DNA of 32,000 nt from Pyrodictium abyssi (GTDB taxonomy: Archaea > Thermoproteota > Thermoprotei_A > Sulfolobales > Pyrodictiaceae): the NCBI RefSeq assembly GCF_036323395.1, contig NZ_AP028907.1, positions 1,560,001 to 1,592,000 on the forward strand. Direction: 5' to 3'. Made by a program: the position numbers and the translations under genes. Shown one piece after another: positions 25,211-32,000 of this stretch (positions are counted from its first letter, which is position 1; every line of letters starts with the position of its first letter). Under the pieces are notes generated by a model, which was given only the letters and a program-made list of their open reading frames with translations, was not told where the DNA came from and searched no databases.

Positions 25211-27181
25211 TCACGTTAGTATTAATGGCTTGGCTCCTTCCTCGAGAACCTCGTTTATAATACTCCTTGGGAATGGTACGGGGCTCGCAGTCAGGTCGAG
25301 TTCTATGTGTTCTCCGCTGACTGTAGTCGGGTTTACTTCGACTATTACCTGGGTTCCAGGCTCTACCTGGCAGAGTACTAGGCTGGGGTTCCTAAGCACT
25401 AGCGTCTCATTGTAGCTTATGGAGTAAGTTGTATAGTATGTGCTGCTCCAGAAGCGAGTCACTAGTGTTTTTGAGTATCCAAAGGTCTTATGGTCGAGTA
25501 GTATGCTCCCTACGGGTCTTGTCGATTTGCAGGGCGTTATCGTCATCGATGCTGGAGTTAGCAGCTCGTCCGCTTTTACCGTCTCCGTATGGCTATGGGC
25601 TATGTAGAGTAGGAACTCTGTACCTAGTGGTAGGTAGCCGCCGAGATAGTAGAGGAACTTGCTGATCCACCGTCCAGCCTTAGCTGCATAGCTGACCTCA
25701 ACTACTGCCACAGCAGCTGTAGCGGTTGGGCCTAGCCGCTTCACGAGACCTGGGCTTAGTCTGAGTGTTAGCACTATAGGGTGGTCTAGGCGTGTAGCTC
25801 GTAGTATGGTGGTTGTGTATAGTGCTTCCTGGGCTCGTGCCTGCCATGTCTGGTCTACACGGCTTGCAAGGCCTCGAGCGACAACTAGTTTGCCCGGGTC
25901 GTAGGCGTTAGGTGGGAGAAGGTGTAGCTTTACCGAGACGTAGGTAGCTGGCAGCGCCATATTCTGGACAACGTCTATCCCGCGGGGACAGTCGAATCCG
26001 CGGCACTGTAGGTGGACTTTAGCTGTGACAGGGTCTCGGGGTAATAGCAGTAATGTTATGGTTTCTTGCTGGGAGTCTCTTGTGATTAGGAAAGGTATGT
26101 ATATGCTTCCTGCTGCGCCTAGGGACTCCCAGCTAGCCCATGTATAGCCGTTGCCGCCTACCCTCCCGGGAACAGTGTAGCCTTCTCTCCAGTCCATGCT
26201 AGAGAATACCGGGACGCATGGGCTATAGATACTTTTGAATACGCATTTATCGTAATCTGTTGCGAGAAGCCCTGCTGCGAGTATCTTAGCTTTCAGCTTG
26301 TAGCCTACCCAGCTAGCAGAGTTAGCTACGTGTATTGCTGCCTCCCGGTGCTCTATTCTAAATAAGCCGCCCGCCAAAGGCTCTAGCACGCGACGGTATA
26401 CATAGAGCTCACTCTCGGCTGGCGGACAGCCGTAGCTGCAGCGTGCGCGCACGTAGCCCGTCTCTCCGTACTCGCGGCTATCGCGGACCGGCCATTCCGT
26501 TATAGTGTAGAGTCTTAGCCTCTCTGGGTCGACGTATGCTCCTGGTAGTGGGCCGTTGGCAGCTGCATAGAAGGGGTTAGCACCAGGTAGAAGAGGACCA
26601 GCAGCCCATACCGGCTGTAGCACCGGACCGTACTGGACGAGTAATACTTCTCTGACAGCTTCCTGCGTGACCTGTTCTGTTACAATTCCTGTAGTGTTGA
26701 GGCTAGTGAGGCATGAGGTGGAGTTCTGTAACAGTTCTTGCCCGTTAACTCGTGCTCCGTTTAGACATGGCTTGCTAGGGTCTAGCTCATACTGGTATAG
26801 CCATACGCCGCCGTTCTTGCCGATTACCACGAGTTCGACGAAGCCGCTACACGGTATATCGACGACAGCAGTGTTGTTGACATCGAAGAATCTAGAGTAT
26901 AGTAGCTTTCTCTCCCCGGCATTGTAGATCTCCACGGCCCAGGGCTTGAATCCGCTAGTTACTGGTTCGACCTTTAGTACAGCCTCTAGCCATCCCGTAG
27001 CATTGCACTGGCCTAGGGGCTCTAGCATCATCCGCGGAGGCACGGAGAACGCAGCAGCTCTTTCTGCTAGATCCCGGACTCCAGCAGCCCACTGTGATGC
27101 TGCTGCGGCGAGCACAGCCAGAGATATAACGGTCATAGAGGCTATAAGAGCGCTGCCTAGTAGGCTACCGTATCCCCTCAA
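25211..27181 (-). CDS. Large exported/surface protein (656 aa) with pilin-like N-terminal hydrophobic segment
   Basis: MRGYGSLLGSALIASMTVISLAVLAAAASQWAAGVRDLAERAAAF then a long beta-rich, Cys-containing ectodomain; no obvious C-terminal anchor. Confidence 0.75.
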   Translation of the reverse strand: MRGYGSLLGSALIASMTVISLAVLAAAASQWAAGVRDLAERAAAFSVPPRMMLEPLGQCNATGWLEAVLKVEPVTSGFKPWAVEIYNAGERKLLYSRFFDVNNTAVVDIPCSGFVELVVIGKNGGVWLYQYELDPSKPCLNGARVNGQELLQNSTSCLTSLNTTGIVTEQVTQEAVREVLLVQYGPVLQPVWAAGPLLPGANPFYAAANGPLPGAYVDPERLRLYTITEWPVRDSREYGETGYVRARCSYGCPPAESELYVYRRVLEPLAGGLFRIEHREAAIHVANSASWVGYKLKAKILAAGLLATDYDKCVFKSIYSPCVPVFSSMDWREGYTVPGRVGGNGYTWASWESLGAAGSIYIPFLITRDSQQETITLLLLPRDPVTAKVHLQCRGFDCPRGIDVVQNMALPATYVSVKLHLLPPNAYDPGKLVVARGLASRVDQTWQARAQEALYTTTILRATRLDHPIVLTLRLSPGLVKRLGPTATAAVAVVEVSYAAKAGRWISKFLYYLGGYLPLGTEFLLYIAHSHTETVKADELLTPASMTITPCKSTRPVGSILLDHKTFGYSKTLVTRFWSSTYYTTYSISYNETLVLRNPSLVLCQVEPGTQVIVEVNPTTVSGEHIELDLTASPVPFPRSIINEVLEEGAKPLILT

Positions 27182-27496
27182 CCCTGGCTCCCAAATGGAG
27201 TTACAGCATGCTGTGAGCCCGGCGTGCCCCGGCGCCGAAACTACCTACGTAGCGTGCTCGGCTGGTTGTTTGCGGATATTGGACCAGTGCTAGGCCTGCT
27301 GGTTTCCGGCTCTTTGCCCGTCTTCGGGGGATGAAGATAATAGGCACACTTCTAGGCTGATTACTGACAAGCCAAGCCTACAGCTGGTCTACAAGCAGGT
27401 TTCACACAAACTCCCTCGTAGCTCAAGCGTTGGACACGAGACGGCGCTCAAGCAGCTAACATGCTCTGTGGGCATGCCTCGCGCTGTACCGGGGTG

Positions 27497-28543
27497 CTAG
27501 AGGAGCCCCTTAGTAGCCAGTATGAGTACAACGAGCCCTATAATGGTCTGCATAGCGAGGATAACGGCTACCACTTCAGGCTCGCGGGCTGAGCCCTTTA
27601 GCCGCTTGAGCAGCTTTATCACAGCATGTGTTAGCGTGTATATTCCTTCCAGCGGCGAGTCGAGGGTGCCATCGGGCCTTGGCACACCGAAGTCCTCTAT
27701 CACGCCGGGCTTCCAGACACGGTGCATGTAGCCCCGTAGGTTGAGTAAGGCCTTGATGAAGTACAGTGTGAAGAGAGCTAGGCCGTATTTCTCCATGTTG
27801 CCGAGTATCACGAGGGCAGCGTAGTGTGCGCCGACGCCGTAGGTGAAAGCGTTCCCGGGGAACACCTTTGCGGGGTACCAGTTGTACCGGAGAAAGCCCA
27901 GCAACGCTGCCGCCATTACTAGCGAGGCCTGCAGCACTAGGTCCAGACCCTTTAGATATGCATAGGCTGCTGTGAAGAGCATGAGTAGTAGACCCATTCC
28001 GGCCTCGAGGCCGTTAAACCCAGCTATCATGTTGAATGCGTTGGCAGCGCCCAGCACGCCTAGCGGTACAGCTACTAGCGGATACGCAGCGCCTAGGTCC
28101 ACGGTGCCTAGTAGCGGTAGCGACAACGTAGACTGGCCAGCTTTTATCACTACTAGTGGCAGTGAAACAGGCGCCATGAAGGCTACCCGTTGCCAGCGTG
28201 GTAGGCCCCGCTTCCACCCAAGGATGTCGTCTATGAAGCCTAGGAGGCTAGCAAGGAGGAGCAGCGATACTAGAGCATACAGCTCGGCTGGATAGTACAC
28301 CTCCCCCTCTAGGTAGGTATAGAGAGCCTCGAGGACAAGTAGGCCGAAAGACGCAGCCACTACCGCCCAAATCCCGCCTGCTTCAGCCACCACGACTTTG
28401 CCAGGCTTGTTCATGTCCCGGCCTACTAGGCCCCGTCTCCTGGCTACACGGATCCATGCAGGCTCTATCAGAAGCACCAGGAAGAATGCCACAGCAGCAG
28501 ATGCCAGCGCGTACACGAGCTGGACTCGCTCCAAGGCGTTCAA
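27497..28543 (-). CDS. Glycosyl-4 (MraY/WecA/Alg7-like) GlcNAc-1-phosphate transferase
   Basis: 348 aa polytopic; GFIDDILGWKRGLPRWQRV; GAANAFNMIAGFNGLEAGMG; FPGNAFTYGVGAHYAALVILGNMEKYG. Confidence 0.92.
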   Translation of the reverse strand: MNALERVQLVYALASAAVAFFLVLLIEPAWIRVARRRGLVGRDMNKPGKVVVAEAGGIWAVVAASFGLLVLEALYTYLEGEVYYPAELYALVSLLLLASLLGFIDDILGWKRGLPRWQRVAFMAPVSLPLVVIKAGQSTLSLPLLGTVDLGAAYPLVAVPLGVLGAANAFNMIAGFNGLEAGMGLLLMLFTAAYAYLKGLDLVLQASLVMAAALLGFLRYNWYPAKVFPGNAFTYGVGAHYAALVILGNMEKYGLALFTLYFIKALLNLRGYMHRVWKPGVIEDFGVPRPDGTLDSPLEGIYTLTHAVIKLLKRLKGSAREPEVVAVILAMQTIIGLVVLILATKGLL

Positions 28544-28619
28544 GCCCTCGGTATAACGCCCCTAAGCCGCCATGCCGGCCTCGGGCTACATATAGCTTAG
28601 GCCCGGATCCCCGTCACGG

Positions 28620-29600
28620 CTAACGCTCTACTAGGAAACAAGCGACGAAGTGTCCCTTCCCTGCCTCCACTAGCTGGGGCTCCTCACGGCTGCACCTAGG
28701 CTGCGCTAGGGGACAGCGTGGATGCAGCCTACAGCCCGGCGGCGGGTTACTCGGGTCAGGTATGTCACCCTTCAGCTCGATTGCAGGAGTAGTGTGACGC
28801 CTTGACACCCTGGGTATCGCTGCTAGTAGTGCCCGAGTGTAGGGATGTAGAGGCTCGCGTAGCACTTGGTCCGCAGGCCCAAGCTCCACTATTTTACCCA
28901 GGTACATAACGGCTATCCTATCCGCCATGAGCCTGGCCGTAGCCAGATCATGGGTTATGAAAACCATGGCTTGGTTTAGCCGCTCCTTAAACTCCCGAAG
29001 AAGCTCCAGTATAGCAGCACGTACAGACACATCTAGGCTAGACGTAGGCTCGTCTGCGACCACAAGGTCGGGCTCTAGAAGCATGGCACGCGCTATCGCT
29101 GCGCGCTGTAGCTGACCACCACTAAGCTGGTATGGGCGCCGCTGGTAGAACTCCTCGGCAGGAGTAAGGCCGATACGCTCTAGCAGCCGGAGTACACGGT
29201 CTTGCGCCTCATCTCCCTCAGCTAGACCGTGGACCTCCAGGGGCTCTACAAGCTGCTCCCCAATAGAGCGTAGAGGGTTAAAGCTCGCATAGGGATCCTG
29301 AGGGATGAGCTGTAGACGGCGCCTCATAGGGCGTAGCTTCTTCTCCGGGAGCCACGTGATATCGACACCGTCTAAGACTATACGGCCAGCTGTGGGCTTG
29401 TAGAGCCGGAGAATGAGCCTGCCCAGGGTGCTCTTTCCACTACCGCTCTCGCCCACCAGGCTAAGGGTCTCGCCCCGCTCTAGGGTGAAACTCACCCCAT
29501 CTACAGCACGTACCACCCGTCTGCCTAAGAGGCCCCCACGCACGAAGTATTTCCTAAGCCCCTCGACGACCAGTAGCGGCTCTGGCACGGCTCCCGGCAC
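28620..29600 (-). CDS. Oligopeptide/dipeptide ABC transporter ATP-binding protein (OppF/DppF type)
   Basis: Walker A GESGSGKSTLGRLIL; signature LSGGQLQRAAIARAMLLEPDLVVADEPTSSLD; C-terminal CRLHPRCPLAQPRCSREEP. Confidence 0.96.
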   Translation of the reverse strand: MPGAVPEPLLVVEGLRKYFVRGGLLGRRVVRAVDGVSFTLERGETLSLVGESGSGKSTLGRLILRLYKPTAGRIVLDGVDITWLPEKKLRPMRRRLQLIPQDPYASFNPLRSIGEQLVEPLEVHGLAEGDEAQDRVLRLLERIGLTPAEEFYQRRPYQLSGGQLQRAAIARAMLLEPDLVVADEPTSSLDVSVRAAILELLREFKERLNQAMVFITHDLATARLMADRIAVMYLGKIVELGPADQVLREPLHPYTRALLAAIPRVSRRHTTPAIELKGDIPDPSNPPPGCRLHPRCPLAQPRCSREEPQLVEAGKGHFVACFLVER

Positions 29601-29643
29601 TCTCCAGCACTACCGCCTCGAGCAGCCAAGAGTCCGAGAGGAG

Positions 29644-30744
29644 CTATAGATGTATAACAGGTGTAGGCCCAAAACGTGGTAGCTCAACCATGCTTCCAGG
29701 CTCAGCATCCGCAGTCAATACGCGTAGTCCGAGCCTCCGCTTCTTCGCTTTAGAGGCGCGTTCTAGCTCCTCTATAAGAGCAGCAGCTAGCTCAACACTC
29801 CACTGGCTTCTAGAGATGACAACCATGTCGAGCCCAGCCACGCATGCGTAGTTATAGTTCAGCAAGTCGTGTAGCCTAACAGCCCCCTCCTGAACGCGCT
29901 CCTTGAGCACATTATCCTCTGCAACAGGCAGCATGACCTGGTTAAACCCGGTACACTTTATGTCGGAGCAAACACCGTATATGAACGACTCTAGCCTGTT
30001 TATGGCAGCTGCTGTTCCGGGGGCCGGCATCGGCTTGCCCGAGAACTTCTCTATGACGCGCGCCACGCTATCCTCCATCCAGGGCGAGAGAGACATGTCG
30101 AACCCCCGAAAGAACAGATCGTGCTTCTCCATCTCCATCCTTATGGCCTCGTAGACCTCGAATGCGGCGTCAACAGCGTAATCCATGGCCTCGTAGTAGC
30201 CGAACTCCTCAAGAAGCCGGGGATAGACAAGAGCTATGGATACCCCGGGAAGGCTCTGCATAGTAGTGGCTAGCGGGAAATAGGGCGTCTCAGGGTAGCC
30301 CCCGAACACCATTGCAACCCTTGAAGCCATCTCCGGCTCGAGTAGCCCAATCTTGTATAGAAGTCGCGGTGTCCGCTGGTCGCCAGGCTCCGTTATAGCC
30401 GATATGGCGGCATAGACGTTGCTACCCAGCCGAAGCACCTCTTTAAGTACATCCACGTCCAGGTTAGCCGAGCTATAATGAAACGCAGCATACAGCACGT
30501 CATCCCGCAGCTTGATAGCCTTAAGAAGCTCTAGTTGCTCCTTAGGCCTCAGAGGCGTTATAGGTAGTACTACCCGTGCCGACATAACCTCGTAGCCAGT
30601 CCTCTCCTCAGCTAGCCTAGCCAGCTCCAACGCAATATCGGAAGCCTCCTCGACGAGCCGGATTATCTCCCGCCGGTCATCCCAGTCCTCCACAGCCACG
30701 TGTACCGCAATAGCACGTACCTTGACCATCTCGGCTAGATCCAT
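29644..30744 (-). CDS. DUF711 / UPF0210-like protein
   Basis: 366 aa; INRLESFIYGVCSDIKCTGFNQVMLPVAEDNVLKER...YNYACVAGLDMVVIS; family recognition from memory. Confidence 0.75.
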   Translation of the reverse strand: MDLAEMVKVRAIAVHVAVEDWDDRREIIRLVEEASDIALELARLAEERTGYEVMSARVVLPITPLRPKEQLELLKAIKLRDDVLYAAFHYSSANLDVDVLKEVLRLGSNVYAAISAITEPGDQRTPRLLYKIGLLEPEMASRVAMVFGGYPETPYFPLATTMQSLPGVSIALVYPRLLEEFGYYEAMDYAVDAAFEVYEAIRMEMEKHDLFFRGFDMSLSPWMEDSVARVIEKFSGKPMPAPGTAAAINRLESFIYGVCSDIKCTGFNQVMLPVAEDNVLKERVQEGAVRLHDLLNYNYACVAGLDMVVISRSQWSVELAAALIEELERASKAKKRRLGLRVLTADAEPGSMVELPRFGPTPVIHL

Positions 30745-30818
30745 CGCTGCACGCCTGTGTGTCGGGAGAAGACAGTCGTCGGGCGAAATACCCTACGCGC
30801 CACCCGGCGTATACACAG

Positions 30819-30887
30819 TCGTTGCCAGAGTCGAGGCCCTGGAGGCGGCGCCGGGCTTGCTGCATGTACACGCAGCTCTGGCAACGA
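30819..30887. repeat. Inverted-repeat element, three-way-junction-like fold
   Basis: TCGTTGCCAGAG 30819-30830 pairs perfectly with CTCTGGCAACGA 30876-30887; enclosed smaller stems GCCC...GGGC and GCTGC...GCAGC. Confidence 0.6.
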
Positions 30888-30928
30888 TATAACAGTGCAT
30901 AGAGTGTACCTGGTGCTGGGCGTCTGGC

Positions 30929-31144
30929 ATGCAGAATCTGTGCAAGCAGCAAGCGCTCGACGAACTATTCCAGGGCAGCCTGGCAAAGTACTTCCTAAGG
31001 GTGGTCGAGGCTATCTGGGAGCGTGGCCAGGCGGAAGCAGAGGCAATAGCGGCTATGCTGGAGAAGACGGTGTGGCGCCCGGTTCTCGGCTTCTCGAACT
31101 CGGCGCTGGCAACGCGAGAGTGGCCATCCCGCTTGCTAGGCTAG
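30929..31144 (+). CDS. Small hypothetical protein (71 aa)
   Basis: MQNLCKQQALDELFQGSLAKYFLRVVEAIWERGQAEAEAIAAMLEKTVWRPVLGFSNSALATREWPSRLLG; coding-like amphipathic sequence; stop shares CTAG with the convergent ABC ATPase stop. Confidence 0.45.
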   Translation: MQNLCKQQALDELFQGSLAKYFLRVVEAIWERGQAEAEAIAAMLEKTVWRPVLGFSNSALATREWPSRLLG

Positions 31145-32000
31145 GACGCGTGCAGCCAGCAGGCAACCCTCCGCCCCTGCCCGGGGGAGACTGTGGGCGG
31201 CTCCTCGCTGCGGCACTTCTCCGTGGCTAGGAGGCACCTTGGGGCGAAGCGGCAGCCCGGCGGCGGGCGGCGTAGATCCGGAGGCTGGCCGGGTATCGGG
31301 CGCGGCCACCGCGGGTTATCGATGTCCGGGACGGATTCCAGTAGCGCCCTGGTATAGGGGTGTAGGGGCTCGCGTAGCACCTCCTCAGCGGGGCCCTGCT
31401 CCACTATCTTCCCAGCGTACATTATGGCTATGCTTGTCGCCCTCTCCGCTGCCAATGCTATGTCATGGGTAACAAGGACCACGGCCATGCCGTGGCGGCG
31501 CCGCAGCTCGTCGAGCAGATCCATTATCTGCTTCTGCACTATCACGTCGAGCGCCGTCGTGGGCTCATCTGCTACGAGCACTTTGGGCTCGAGCGCTATA
31601 GCAGCAGCTATCGAGACGCGCTGCCTCTGCCCGCCGCTAAGCTGGTGCGGGTAAGCCCGCGCTGCCTCACGGGGGAGCCCCACAGACTCGAGGAGCTGGG
31701 GGACCCGGCCCCGCGCCTCCTCCTTGGGCACGCCGTGCTCCAGCAGTACTTCGAGCAGCTGGTCGCCTATCCTACGCACTGGGTCGAGCGTCGTAAACGG
31801 GTCCTGGAACACGATCGAGACCAGCTCTCCACGGGCTCTACGCAGCTCGTCGCCCTCTAGCCTCGTGATGTCCACGCCGTCTACGAGTATTCGGCCAGCT
31901 ACTATCCTGCCAGGCGGCGGGACTAGGCGGAGGAGCGAGAACCCCAGAGTGCTCTTTCCGCTACCACTCTCCCCCACGACGGCTACTAGCTCTCCCCGGT
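31141..32000 (-). CDS. Oligopeptide/dipeptide ABC transporter ATP-binding protein (OppD/DppD type), 5' end beyond window
   Basis: Frame stays open to the window edge (...TGELVAVVGESGSGKSTLGFSLLRL); signature LSGGQRQRVSIAAAIALEPKVLVADEPTTALDVI; CRFAPRCLLATEKCRSEEP. Confidence 0.95.
   Translation of the reverse strand, partial: RGELVAVVGESGSGKSTLGFSLLRLVPPPGRIVAGRILVDGVDITRLEGDELRRARGELVSIVFQDPFTTLDPVRRIGDQLLEVLLEHGVPKEEARGRVPQLLESVGLPREAARAYPHQLSGGQRQRVSIAAAIALEPKVLVADEPTTALDVIVQKQIMDLLDELRRRHGMAVVLVTHDIALAAERATSIAIMYAGKIVEQGPAEEVLREPLHPYTRALLESVPDIDNPRWPRPIPGQPPDLRRPPPGCRFAPRCLLATEKCRSEEPPTVSPGQGRRVACWLHAS

Noticed and set aside
27182-27496. C/D-box-like GGGATGAAGATAATAGG...CTGATTACTGA in the gap before the Alg7-like gene
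   Set aside because: C-box match imperfect and spacer (over 20 nt) far from the roughly 12-nt archaeal norm.
30757-31230. 157 aa plus-strand ORF overlapping the 71 aa ORF
   Set aside because: Gly/Arg-rich, runs through the 12-bp inverted-repeat element and into the antisense of the ABC ATPase; the 71 aa frame looks more protein-like.
31239-31860. Plus-strand ORFs antisense to the OppD-type ATPase
   Set aside because: Antisense to clear Walker/signature motifs; no independent support.
1-32000. CRISPR array, toxin-antitoxin cluster or transposase
   Set aside because: No regularly spaced 24-37 nt repeats were seen. The tandem RHH proteins are too large and lack a toxin partner to be called antitoxins. 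No IS/transposase motifs were recognised.

Overview
The window looks like a stretch of a hyperthermophilic crenarchaeal chromosome. The lineage is inferred from an archaeal-type ThrRS, RadA, Alba, an Lhr-type helicase, a preflagellin-peptidase-like protein and heavy ATA/CTA/AGG codon use; Desulfurococcales/Pyrodictiaceae-like is a guess. Supported content, left to right: a truncated thrS; radA; an A24-type prepilin peptidase-like gene; a HIT-family gene; several small conserved-looking ORFs; a large Lhr-type helicase; alba; an MgtC/SapB-like membrane protein; a degenerate phosphoesterase-like gene; a PduO-type cobalamin adenosyltransferase; a two-gene 2-oxoacid:ferredoxin oxidoreductase; a GNAT acetyltransferase; a divergent HTH regulator facing a DUF4212 - Na+/solute symporter - CBS/DUF294 nucleotidyltransferase - DnaQ-like exonuclease operon; an Lrp-type ligand-binding domain; a DUF432-like protein; two tandem paralogous ribbon-helix-helix proteins; a large exported protein with a pilin-like N-terminus; an Alg7/MraY-like transferase; and a split oligopeptide ABC ATPase pair around a DUF711/UPF0210 gene. 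I found no CRISPR array, rRNA, recognisable tRNA or transposase. Best candidates for follow-up: (1) the DnaQ-like exonuclease, whose catalytic DIE motif lies in frame upstream of the first usable start; (2) a three-way-junction-like structure with a 12-bp closing stem plus a small ORF between the two ABC ATPase genes; (3) hairpin-rich intergenic regions at about 9.93-10.10 kb, 8.7-8.9 kb and 22.39-22.48 kb; (4) the tandem RHH paralogs beside a DUF432-like gene and a giant pilin-like surface protein; (5) an apparent third-position/keto composition switch near 20.05 kb. No clearly new defence or mobile system can be demonstrated from sequence alone.
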